From positions 80,106-144,105 of the forward strand of contig DAOLUH010000003.1 in assembly GCA_035420085.1 (NCBI GenBank): 64,000 nt of DNA, given 5' to 3'. This document shows positions 9,102 to 17,050 of this stretch, in pieces (the stretch's first letter is position 1; every line of letters begins with the position of its first letter). Made by a program: the position numbers and the translations under genes. Below the pieces are notes generated by a model, which saw only the letters and a program-made list of their open reading frames with translations, made no database searches and had not been told where the DNA came from. This stretch comes from Anaerolineae bacterium (lineage in GTDB: Bacteria; Chloroflexota; Anaerolineae; B4-G1; SLSP01).

Positions 9102-10439
9102 TTATCCTCGCTTGAAGTAGTGTTGTAGGCTGACCTGCTGTCCGCTGCGCAGATAAATGCTGGCTTCCAGCGTCTGCGGGTACAGCCCCGTCCACTGCAA
9201 ACCGTGACCGGTGTCCTCCCACAGTACATTCACTGCCGGAATGTCGCCTTCCATCTGACGAGAGGGCAATAGCTCAGCGACCTGGCGCACCACGCGGCGA
9301 CGCTGTCCCGCGACGGTGATGCGCTCGATGTACAGCGCCAGGTCGAAGGCGTCCACCAGGTAGCGGGTGATGACGCCGGGGGCCATCCCGGAATCCGCCA
9401 GTTGCCACATCTGCACCACACGGTTGGCGATCTCGTGGACGCCGTTGGAGTGCAATGTGAGCAACTGCCCGTCGTGGCCGGTGTTGGCCGCCATCAGGAC
9501 GGAGCGAATCTCCGCCCCACGCGCTTCGCCGGTGACGATGCGGTCCGGGCGCATCCGCAAGGCGTTGATCACCAGGTCGTCCAGCGTAATGGGGCGTTGG
9601 CCTTCCTCGGTTTCTTCGGTGGTCACCATCGCGATCCAGTTGTCCAGTCCTAACTGGAGTTCCGGGGTATCTTCCACGGTGACCACCCGTTCTTCCGGGG
9701 GGAGCACCGCGCACAGGGCGTTGAGGGTGTTGGTCTTGCCGGAACCGGTTCCGCCAGTGACGATGAGGTTGAGGCGGCCCAGGACACATTCACGCAGGAA
9801 TCCGGCGATGTCAGCGGTGAGCGTCCCTAACCGTACCAGGTCATCCAGCGTGCGGGCGACCAGGCGATGGCGGCGAATGGTCACGGCGACGGGTACGTTG
9901 TCCACCAGCGGTTCCATTACCGCGTTGAGGCGGCTGCCGTCGTTCATCTTGGCGTTGACCCTGGGGTTGGAACGGTCGAAGCGCCGCCCGTGCCGCGCCG
10001 CCACGCGGTCCACCAGCTTCTGCACCTCACGGGCGCTGGCGAAATGCGCGCTGGCGCGGTACATCCCCCGTTCGGCATCGTCCACCCAGATTACGTCCGG
10101 GCCGTTGATCATGATCTCTTCCACGGTCGGTGTGTTGAGGTATGGGGTGATGACACCGTAGCCGAAGATGTCGTACTGCAAGCGCACCACCAGGTCTTCC
10201 AGCGCCTCGGCAAAGGGCCGCCCCTGTTGCACCGCCGCCAGCGCGTGTTCTTCGACCAGGGCGCGCAGCAGTGTCTCGGCCTCGCGTTCCACGTTAGCCG
10301 TAGGCGCGCGCAAGGCTTCCAGGCTGAACTGCCCGGTCAGGCGTTCCCGCGCGGCGGCGAGGAGGCCGGTGTAGGGATCGGGGGCATCCGCAGTCGCTTG
10401 CGCGGCGACCCGTTGGGCAAAGGTCGATGACGCAGCCAT
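9102..10439 (-). CDS. cpaF: CpaF/TadA secretion ATPase
   Basis: Track ORF 9102..10496, trimmed to ATG at 10439 (TAATG overlap with the upstream gene). Walker A 'GGTGSGKTN'. 'RPDRIVTGEARGAE' and 'TGHDG..TLHSN' are typical of the VirB11/CpaF family. Confidence 0.9.
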   Translation of the reverse strand: MAASSTFAQRVAAQATADAPDPYTGLLAAARERLTGQFSLEALRAPTANVEREAETLLRALVEEHALAAVQQGRPFAEALEDLVVRLQYDIFGYGVITPYLNTPTVEEIMINGPDVIWVDDAERGMYRASAHFASAREVQKLVDRVAARHGRRFDRSNPRVNAKMNDGSRLNAVMEPLVDNVPVAVTIRRHRLVARTLDDLVRLGTLTADIAGFLRECVLGRLNLIVTGGTGSGKTNTLNALCAVLPPEERVVTVEDTPELQLGLDNWIAMVTTEETEEGQRPITLDDLVINALRMRPDRIVTGEARGAEIRSVLMAANTGHDGQLLTLHSNGVHEIANRVVQMWQLADSGMAPGVITRYLVDAFDLALYIERITVAGQRRRVVRQVAELLPSRQMEGDIPAVNVLWEDTGHGLQWTGLYPQTLEASIYLRSGQQVSLQHYFKRG

Positions 10440-11239
10440 TACTGTAGTTCCTCCGTCAGTTCGATGTAGATCTGCCACGTTGGCCCAAACGTCCATTTCA
10501 GCGTCTGTCCGGTGACAGAAAACACCTTCAGCGTGGTTTCACCGTCGATCAGAGCCTCGTGGCGGCCCGGATACAGTATCTCTGCCCTGTGTGCGGGCTG
10601 GTGTTTGCTGCCGCGATAGACGCTGAATCCGGCGTATAACGCGGCCTGGTGTACGATGGCGTACACATAGTCCTCGTCCCAATATGACCCCTCCGGGCTG
10701 GCAATACCGCAGACATTCAGATCAGCGGCGATTTCATCTGGCGCTAGACCGGCAGTGAATTGCACGAAGATGTCAGCCACGATGGCCTCCGTGTCTGGAT
10801 CAGGGATCAGGCTATGCCCGGTCACGACCCGCCCATCGGCGGTTTTGATGCGCACTTCACAGTCGAACAGATAACCATACGGGGGTTGCTTACCCTGGTA
10901 CAGGCCGTATTGCGCCAGGAGTTGCTTCTTGCCGACGCGCGTTGGCCGCTGTTCCACATCCGCGCCAGCCTGAGGTGGCGCGGCGGGGGCGGTGAGATCC
11001 TCAGGGATATAGCGGTTGTTCTCCCAGAGCACATCCAATTCAAGTTCCAGTTCGTCTACCGTGCTCACTGCCACCGCCCAGGTGACATTGTCCGCGCCCA
11101 TTTGGACGAAGACGGACTCCGGGGGATAGCCGGCCCGTTTCAGGGTCAATGCCCGTCGCAGCATCTGGGTATGATCCTCTGGCAGGCCGATGCGCTCCGC
11201 GTGTTCGGCTGCGCTTTCCAAAAACAGATTTGTACTCAT
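10439..11239 (-). CDS. protein with only a serine-recombinase 'recombinase' (PF07508-like) DNA-binding domain; no resolvase catalytic domain and no zinc-ribbon domain
   Basis: Track ORF 10439..11497, trimmed to ATG at 11239 (AGGAGAGAGG RBS). 'GKQPPYGYLF...DPDTEAIVADIFVQFTAGLAPDEIAADLNVCGIASPEGSYWDEDYVYAIVHQAALYAGF' matches the PPYGY ... IF..y..G.s...IA..LN..GI.sP.G..W pattern of the large-serine-recombinase recombinase domain. The ~90 N-terminal residues are helical and unrelated to resolvase. Confidence 0.6.
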   Translation of the reverse strand: MSTNLFLESAAEHAERIGLPEDHTQMLRRALTLKRAGYPPESVFVQMGADNVTWAVAVSTVDELELELDVLWENNRYIPEDLTAPAAPPQAGADVEQRPTRVGKKQLLAQYGLYQGKQPPYGYLFDCEVRIKTADGRVVTGHSLIPDPDTEAIVADIFVQFTAGLAPDEIAADLNVCGIASPEGSYWDEDYVYAIVHQAALYAGFSVYRGSKHQPAHRAEILYPGRHEALIDGETTLKVFSVTGQTLKWTFGPTWQIYIELTEELQ

Positions 11240-11271
11240 TGTTCCTCTCTCCTTGTTGTGGTAGTGTTGTT

Positions 11272-12037
11272 CTAAGATTGATGTGCTTCCCGCGTGGGAC
11301 CGAACGTCCATTGCAGCGTGCGTCCGGTGACGGCCAGCACTGCCAACGTGGTTTCCCAGTCGATCAGCGCCTCGTGTTGACCGGGGTACAGCATCCCCGT
11401 CCAGCGCGCCTGCTTGTGGGCGACGTCGTGGTAGACGACGTACCCGGCATACAGCGGCGCGCGGCGCACGATGTCGCGCACGTTGGCTTCGCCCCAACGT
11501 CCGCCAGTGGGACTGGCGCTGCCGCGCTCGTTCAGGTCGGCGGCGATCTTGCGGGGCGACACCCCGTCAATGAACTGTGTGAAGATGTCTTCCACGATGG
11601 CAGCTTGATCCTGATGACGTACAAGGCTGTGCCCGGTCAAGGTTTGCGGTGATGTCTGGGCCGAAGGTGTAGCCGTATGGTGCGGCGCTCCCATTGTGCA
11701 AACCGTACTGCGCGCGGAGGTGCTTGTTGCCGCCCCGCGCCTGCTCGCGTCCGGCTTTGGCTACCGCCTGTGCTCGCGCGGCGGGAACAGGATCACTGTC
11801 GGGGACGTAGGCTTTGCCCTCCCACGCCACACCCAATTCGCGTTCCAGTTCTTCCGGCGTCCGCAGCGCCACCCGCCAGGTGACGTTAGCCGCGCCCATT
11901 TTGTGGCGGATGCGCAGCGGCGTATATCCATTGCGCTTCAGCGCCAATGCCCGGCGCAACATCCCGGTACGACGTTTCGACAAGCCAATGCGCCGCGCGT
12001 GGTCTGCTTCGCGTTCCAAAAAGATACTTGTTGTCAT
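11272..12037 (-). pseudogene. tandem paralog of the recombinase-domain protein, interrupted by a +1 frameshift near 11650
   Basis: Track ORFs 11567..12037 (MTTSIFLEREADHARRIGL...APYGYTFGPDIT) and 11272..11694 (...QTLTGHSLVRHQDQAAIVEDIFTQFIDGVSPRKIAADLNERGSASPTGGRW...) together align end to end with 10439..11239, but in two frames. Confidence 0.55.
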
Positions 12038-12206
12038 TGTTCCTCTCTCCGAAAATAGTTACAGGTTGCAAGTTAAAAGTTGAAAGTTAAAAAATCCGTT
12101 CGTTCCGTGGCCGAATTTACATTATTAGGGCTGTGTCACAGGTTCGGTCACTCGCCTTGTTAGTTGTTGTTGGTTGCTCGTGGTTGGTTGCTGGATTAAG
12201 CGGTTA

Positions 12207-12260
12207 GCTTCCTGCCTCTTGCCTCTTGCCTCTTGCCTCTTGCATCCTGCCTCTTGCCTC
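12207..12260. repeat. degenerate CTCTTGC heptamer tract
   Basis: GCTTCCTGCCTCTTGCCTCTTGCCTCTTGCCTCTTGCATCCTGCCTCTTGCCTC, immediately 3' of cpaE. The same word family recurs at 45247-45354. Confidence 0.7.
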
Positions 12261-13626
12261 ATTTCCCGACGAACACCTGTTGCACCTGCTGCCACAGCCC
12301 CGGCCCTTTGCGGCGGTCGGGCAGTTTGAAGGCCGCCGCATCGCCCTCGATCTGTCCGCCGCGCCCGACCCAGGTGTGGGCCAACAGCGGGAAGAAGCGC
12401 ACCGCCATCGACACAATTGCGTCCGACGTCGGGTTGGGCTTGTCCAGCACGAAGGGCCGTTGCTGGTTGTTGGCGTAGGTGAACAGCGGATCGTAGGGCA
12501 CTTGGGCGAACTTCTTCATCCCGATGCTGGTAATCAAGTCCTTACTGCGGATGCCCGCCTCTTCGCTCCACTGGTTGATGACCAACTCGAACTTGCCGAT
12601 GTCCTCGCCGAAGGTCTGCTTCAGGCGCGGCACGGTCTGTCCGGTGGAGTGGATGTCGGCCAGATCAGGGCGCACCACGGTGAGTACCAGGTCGGCGGCG
12701 TCCAGCGCGGCGAAATGCACGTCGTTGTTGATGTCCGGTCCCAGGTCGATGACCACGAAGTCGTATTGCTTACGCGCCGTGTCGATGATGGCGCGGATCA
12801 GTCCTAGCGTGCGCTGCGGATCGTCGCGGAACACCGGCTGGCCGGCGATGTGCATTGCCGGGATGCCGCTCAGACAATCCAACTTCGAGGCGGACTTGGT
12901 GCCCCACAGTCGCACTTTCGCCTTGAGCGCCTGGGGAGAGCAACTCGCGTTCTTGGTGCGCAGGTAGTCCGGCAGCAAGGCGTTGACCAAGGCGAAGATG
13001 TTGTGCTCCGCTGGCAGGCCCAGGCGGGGGGCGATTGCGCCGCGGGTCATATCCAGGTCCATCAGCAGCGTGTCGCGCTTGGCGACGACACCCAACGCCG
13101 CCGCGAGGTTGATCGCCAGACTGGTCTTGCCCACGCCGCCGCCTGTGCCCCACAAGGCGATCACCAGGCGTTGCCACCCGGCCTCGGCCACGGTGTAGAG
13201 CGTCGGCGTGTCCAGCGGCACGTAGCTGCTGCTGGCGCGTTCGGCGCGCGCCTGGGTGACGGCATTGGGGATCAGTTCCAGCAAGCGCCGCAACTGCGCC
13301 GCGTCGAGGGGCAGCGAGACGTAGCCTTTCATCCCCAGAGCCAGCAGTTCGTCGGTGCGCGATTCCAGCGGGGGCAGCAAGCCGATGCTGGCGATGGGGT
13401 ATGCGTCGAAGTGCAGCAGTTCGCTGACCAGTTCAGGCCGGAAGCCGGGCAAGGTGGGCGAGAGCAGCACGACGTCCGCCTCCATTTCGGTGGCGTCGCT
13501 GAACACGCCGGAAGCCGTGGTCGGCCCGGCGACGATTTGCATTTCCGGCATATCCGACAAGGCGCGTTCCAGGCTATGCGCGTCGTCCCATACCTTTGTG
13601 CCGATGACGATTTTGATGCGTTCCAT
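12259..13626 (-). CDS. cpaE: CpaE/TadZ-like protein (receiver-like N-domain + ParA/MinD ATPase)
   Basis: 455 aa. Deviant Walker A 'WGTGGGVGKTSLAINLAAAL'. N-terminal CheY-like fold pattern. Tad context. Confidence 0.8.
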   Translation of the reverse strand: MERIKIVIGTKVWDDAHSLERALSDMPEMQIVAGPTTASGVFSDATEMEADVVLLSPTLPGFRPELVSELLHFDAYPIASIGLLPPLESRTDELLALGMKGYVSLPLDAAQLRRLLELIPNAVTQARAERASSSYVPLDTPTLYTVAEAGWQRLVIALWGTGGGVGKTSLAINLAAALGVVAKRDTLLMDLDMTRGAIAPRLGLPAEHNIFALVNALLPDYLRTKNASCSPQALKAKVRLWGTKSASKLDCLSGIPAMHIAGQPVFRDDPQRTLGLIRAIIDTARKQYDFVVIDLGPDINNDVHFAALDAADLVLTVVRPDLADIHSTGQTVPRLKQTFGEDIGKFELVINQWSEEAGIRSKDLITSIGMKKFAQVPYDPLFTYANNQQRPFVLDKPNPTSDAIVSMAVRFFPLLAHTWVGRGGQIEGDAAAFKLPDRRKGPGLWQQVQQVFVGK

Positions 13627-13773
13627 GTAGTTCTCCCTTTGTTGTTTTTTTTCGAGGCGGGGGTGAGAGCGGAGGGCTGAGGACGTGATGGGGAGGAAGG
13701 TGCGCTTCCTGTCACCCTCTCACCTTGTCACCCTCTCTCCCTGTCTATCTCCCGCTCTCCCCCAATCTCTCAC

Positions 13774-14724
13774 TTACCGCGTCACTTGTTCAGTGAGTAG
13801 CGCCTCGATATCGCGTCCCGCCCAGAACGTCGCGTTGAAGTCTTCCCACGCGAAGCCCGGGGTCTCCGGCAAGGCTTGTCCGGCGTCCACGGCGGCGCGC
13901 CAGACGGCGGGCCGTACCGCGAGGGACATCTTCCCGTTGAACACCGCCCAATCCAGGCTCTCGGCAGTGGTCTCGGGGACGAGGACGTCCACGCCCACCA
14001 CCGGCCCGGCGATAAACGGTGCGGGTTGGGGTTGCCCATCGGCGGTCACCGCCCCATACTGCGGGTTGGCGATCTGTTCGTGGTTGACGCGCACCACGAT
14101 GGCCCCCGCCACCACCCGCTTGGTCACCGGCAGTTGCAGCGTGACCGTCACGGGCTGAGTCAACGCCTCGTAGTCGGGCAGCGGCTCCGGTGTGGGCGGG
14201 GGTGGCGTGACCCCGGCGGGCAAGGTCGGCACGGTGCTGGTCGCCAACTCGGTGGCGCGCACTGTGCCTAACGTGGTGTACAAGTCCACCAGGTCGCCGA
14301 CCGCGATGTACGGGGTGCTTTCGGCGTCCACCGGGATAGACTTGATGACCAACTGCGGATCGGTGAGGGCCAGCGCCAGACGGCGCACTTTCTGCGCGTT
14401 CTCACCGGTGGCGATGCGCCCTCGGTTGAGCACGTCGCCTGCGCGGACCGTCTCGACGAAGACCCCGTCGGCCAGCATCGCTTGCAGCGTCTCCGGCGTG
14501 AGGACGACTTGCAGCAACGACGCGCTGAACGACTGCTTGTCCAGCGCGATGTAGCCGTTGGCGTAGGCATCTTGTAGCGCCGTGTACGCCGGAATGTCCT
14601 GCACTGCAATGGCAACTTCGTAGGTGGGCGGGGTGGTGAGTTGCGCGAACAACAGCACCCCCACGAACGCGCCCCCGACGAGCAGCAGGCCGACCCAGAA
14701 TTGAATGGATTTCAAGATACGCAT
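13774..14724 (-). CDS. cpaB: CpaB/RcpC-like Flp pilus assembly protein
   Basis: 316 aa. N-terminal TM helix, then a SAF-like segment 'AIAVQDIPAYTALQDAY'. Tad context. Confidence 0.75.
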   Translation of the reverse strand: MRILKSIQFWVGLLLVGGAFVGVLLFAQLTTPPTYEVAIAVQDIPAYTALQDAYANGYIALDKQSFSASLLQVVLTPETLQAMLADGVFVETVRAGDVLNRGRIATGENAQKVRRLALALTDPQLVIKSIPVDAESTPYIAVGDLVDLYTTLGTVRATELATSTVPTLPAGVTPPPPTPEPLPDYEALTQPVTVTLQLPVTKRVVAGAIVVRVNHEQIANPQYGAVTADGQPQPAPFIAGPVVGVDVLVPETTAESLDWAVFNGKMSLAVRPAVWRAAVDAGQALPETPGFAWEDFNATFWAGRDIEALLTEQVTR

Positions 14725-14744
14725 TTCGTTTGTCTCCTTGTTTT

Positions 14745-14834
14745 GAGTTGTCAGTTTTCAGTTATCGGTTTTCAGTAGGTCAGTTTTTGCGCAGTGGCTT
14801 GCCGGCTGACGACTGAAAACTGACGACTGATAAC
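14745..14834. repeat. imperfect inverted repeat built from CTGAAAACTGA / CTGACNACTGA words
   Basis: GAGTTGTCAGTTTTCAGTTATCGGTTTTCAGTAGGTCAG (14745-14783) against GCTGACGACTGAAAACTGACGACTGATAAC (14805-14834). Related to 8378-8412. Confidence 0.65.
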
Positions 14835-15340
14835 TTCTTCTTTACGCCCAACGTTTCCTCCGCAATGACTTGCGCTGCGGCCTTGAGGTCGCCGAGGACG
14901 GCGTGGGCCTGCGGCCACTGTTGTTTGAGGCGGCGTTCGTGCCATTGGGCGACCGGATTATCGGCGCTGACGATGAGCACCAGGCTGGCCGCGTCCACCA
15001 ATGCTGGCGGCGGGGTCGTTCCTCCATCGGCAATGATATTTCCCAACAACGTGGCGTTCCACACGAAGGCCATCACCGGGGTACGCCACACGGCGCAAGC
15101 GGGGGTCCACAACAATGGTTGCCGCGTCTCGACGGCTTGCTCGACCGCGTACCCACGACGGCTGACTGTCCACTGCGCGGTCAGTCCCAGGTCGAGCACC
15201 GGCGCGCCGGGGCCGGTCATATCCAGCGCCAGCGTGCCATCAGCGGCATCCAGCGGGACGGCGCTGGCCTGCCGGCACAGGTATTGCGCCAAGGTCGTCG
15301 TCCCGATGCCGCCCTTCGCACCCACCACGAGGATCAGCAT
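14780..15340 (-). CDS. small ParA/MinD-like P-loop protein
   Basis: 186 aa. 'MLILVVGAKGGIGTTTLAQYL' is a deviant Walker A. Overlaps the upstream gene by 7 nt. The C-terminal residues (LSVVSFQ...) are read from an intergenic-type repeat. Confidence 0.5.
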   Translation of the reverse strand: MLILVVGAKGGIGTTTLAQYLCRQASAVPLDAADGTLALDMTGPGAPVLDLGLTAQWTVSRRGYAVEQAVETRQPLLWTPACAVWRTPVMAFVWNATLLGNIIADGGTTPPPALVDAASLVLIVSADNPVAQWHERRLKQQWPQAHAVLGDLKAAAQVIAEETLGVKKKLSVVSFQSSAGKPLRKN

Positions 15341-16065
15341 TGGGCTGCCTCCTGGGAGGGCGTTGGTAAAGTGATGCCTAACAGCCGGGCTATGTCGTTC
15401 TCAGATAACGGCCTATCCACGACGATCCAACGCGCGGGGAACGCCCGTCGCTCGCGTCCGCCGTCCACCAGGATGGCGTTGTAGCTGACACGCGCATCGT
15501 CCAAGACTAGATCCGGGTATATGGTAATCCTGCCGCTGCTTGCCGGTTGGTCGGACGGGGTAAGGTCTAGGAGCAGGTAGGGATCACCGCGTTGTGCGGC
15601 ATCGTAGAGGGCGACGCTTTTGCCTTGCGCGGCCAGCAGTTTGGCGGCGGTGACCACGGCGGTCGTTGTGCCTGTCCCGCCGCGTGTGCCATAGAAGCCG
15701 AGACGTAGTTGGCGTGGGATGGGTGCAAAGGGCAACCGTGGGGTTGTCGCGGTAGTAGCGGAGGCCGGCGTGGTCGGTTGCGCCGGTGGTTGCTGGGGCG
15801 CTTGCGCTTCCAGGTACGCGGTCAGGACCTCGGCGGCCTCCTTTTCCGGGACAGGCAATACTGGAATGCTGAGTTTTTCAACGTCGGGAATCTCTGTCCC
15901 TTCCAGGGTAACGATCAGGTTGGCATCAACGAACTTTAGCATTTGCCGCGTCTTTTGCGGGTCGCAAATACCGACGACCAGCACGTCCGGTACGGCGGTT
16001 ACAGCGTCGCTCAGGGCTGCGGCCTGGGCTTCTTTGGGGGCGACACAGAGTACGTTGGTATGCAT
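15334..16065 (-). CDS. receiver-like + degenerate P-loop protein (second CpaE-like)
   Basis: 243 aa. N-terminal CheY-like pattern, Pro/Thr/Ala-rich linker, then 'LGFYGTRGGTGTTTAVVTAAKLLA'. Start abuts the stop of the upstream gene (TAAATG). Confidence 0.45.
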   Translation of the reverse strand: MHTNVLCVAPKEAQAAALSDAVTAVPDVLVVGICDPQKTRQMLKFVDANLIVTLEGTEIPDVEKLSIPVLPVPEKEAAEVLTAYLEAQAPQQPPAQPTTPASATTATTPRLPFAPIPRQLRLGFYGTRGGTGTTTAVVTAAKLLAAQGKSVALYDAAQRGDPYLLLDLTPSDQPASSGRITIYPDLVLDDARVSYNAILVDGGRERRAFPARWIVVDRPLSENDIARLLGITLPTPSQEAAQC

Positions 16066-16668
16066 TTAGTCCTCCACGGTGAAAGCGTTGGATGTGATTG
16101 GTTGGGTGCCGGGTATCCGCGCGGTCAGGCGCAGGGGCGCGGCGTAGGCTGGGCTGACGTCGAAGACCAGGTAGCCTGTGGCTTGTGCGTTGGGCGGCAA
16201 GGTTTGATCTGAGAGCGGAGCGGTGTCCGTCAAAGCTGGCCCTTCGACTACGCTCAGGGCCGGCCCTTCGGCCACGCTGAGAGCGAGTTCTGCGGCTTGC
16301 GCGCGGGAGTAGCTGTGCCCGGCGCTGTCGGCCAGAGTGAACTCGGCCTGGGATAGATCAAGGCGCATACTGCCCGTGTTCTGCACCTCGGCCACGACGA
16401 CGATGAACACGCCGGCGGGCTGAGCAGACAGATTCAGGCCCAAGGGGTGCGTCAGGGTCACGGCGCTGCTTGCCGTGGGCGGTGCGACGTACGTGGCGGT
16501 GTACGCCCGCGTGACGCGCAGTTGCCCTGCCGAGGGTGTCGCCGTGGCAACCACCACCGGACGCACCGGCAGCGGCTCGATGGGTAACGGCAAGATCGAA
16601 AAGATGTTGCAGCCCAGGGGCAGCCCTAGCCCGACACTGATCCCTATGATTTTGACGATGTGATGCAT
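16066..16668 (-). CDS. lipoprotein with DUF4352-like Ig-fold domain; first gene of the Tad operon
   Basis: Track ORF 16066..16695. Likely start is ATG at 16668 (MHHIVKIIGISVGLGLPLGC, lipobox-like). 'VFIVVVAEVQNTGSMRLDLSQAEFTLADSAGHSY...ATGYLVFDV' fits the DUF4352 pattern. Confidence 0.5.
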   Translation of the reverse strand: MHHIVKIIGISVGLGLPLGCNIFSILPLPIEPLPVRPVVVATATPSAGQLRVTRAYTATYVAPPTASSAVTLTHPLGLNLSAQPAGVFIVVVAEVQNTGSMRLDLSQAEFTLADSAGHSYSRAQAAELALSVAEGPALSVVEGPALTDTAPLSDQTLPPNAQATGYLVFDVSPAYAAPLRLTARIPGTQPITSNAFTVED

Positions 16669-16691
16669 CTTCCTAACCCCTTTTGACGCAA

Positions 16692-16845
16692 ACAAAAAAG
16701 GGGAGGACCTGGAACCGAAGTTCCAAGTCCTCCCCTTTCATTTCCTGGCCAGGATACCTAGTCAGGACGCCGCAGGCTTGAAGGCTTCCTGCGGATCGGA
16801 GCGTTTAGCCCCAGACCTTTTCACGGTGGTTGAGCACCGTTATAT
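16692..16845 (-). ncRNA. candidate ~150-nt structured 5' leader or sRNA (copy 1), unknown class, ending in an intrinsic terminator ~25 nt before the Tad operon start codon
   Basis: Minus-strand RNA has three hairpins: ACGGTG-ctcaac-CACCGT, GGGGC-taaac-GCTCC and CCGCAGG-aagccttcaag-CCTGCGG. It ends in a terminator GGGGAGGACyTGGAAC-ttcg-GTTCCAGGTCCTCCCC followed by TTTTTT (plus-strand 16694-16735). Homologous to 31108-31265, with stems preserved and loops differing. Confidence 0.45.
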
Positions 16846-16849
16846 GGTT

Positions 16850-16877
16850 ATTATACATGGCGGACATGCAAAATCAA
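16850..16877 (-). promoter_or_regulatory. sigma70-type promoter of leader copy 1
   Basis: Minus strand reads CCCCCCTTGATT (-35 TTGATT, plus coordinates 16872-16877), a 16-nt spacer, then TATAAT (16850-16855). Confidence 0.45.
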
Positions 16878-16954
16878 GGGGGGTAACGCGATGAATTTCC
16901 GAATTTCGCATATAAAACTTAGCAGCGCAGCAGAGGTGGGTAGCGAACGTTATT

Positions 16955-16982
16955 TTGACTGTCTGTGAAAGGTATCTATACT
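16955..16982 (+). promoter_or_regulatory. candidate promoter of the STAND/TPR operon
   Basis: TTGACT (16955-16960), 16-nt spacer, TATACT (16977-16982), about 70 nt upstream of the first TPR gene. Confidence 0.35.
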
Positions 16983-17050
16983 TGGGTCAGAGTAACAGCA
17001 AAGCATTGGCGAAACAGGTAGCGCGATAGAGGTCCGTTTCCCAAGTTTCG

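Noticed and set aside
12204-12416. ORFs 12204..12416 (-) and 12226..12807 / 12233..12478 (+) around the cpaE 3' end
   Set aside because: They begin in the CTCTTGC repeat tract and otherwise shadow cpaE, so they are not coding.
16692-16845. Possibility that the duplicated leader is a c-di-GMP-I (GEMM-I) riboswitch, because c-di-GMP riboswitches often control pilus genes and copy 2 contains GCGCAAAAGTCCGGGGC, reminiscent of ACGCAAAGCC.CCGG
   Set aside because: Hairpin 1 is a short simple stem with no GNRA tetraloop or tetraloop receptor. Copy 1 has GTGAAAAGG instead. The overall layout does not fit GEMM-I as I remember it. It is kept only as 'unknown class' and needs an Rfam scan.
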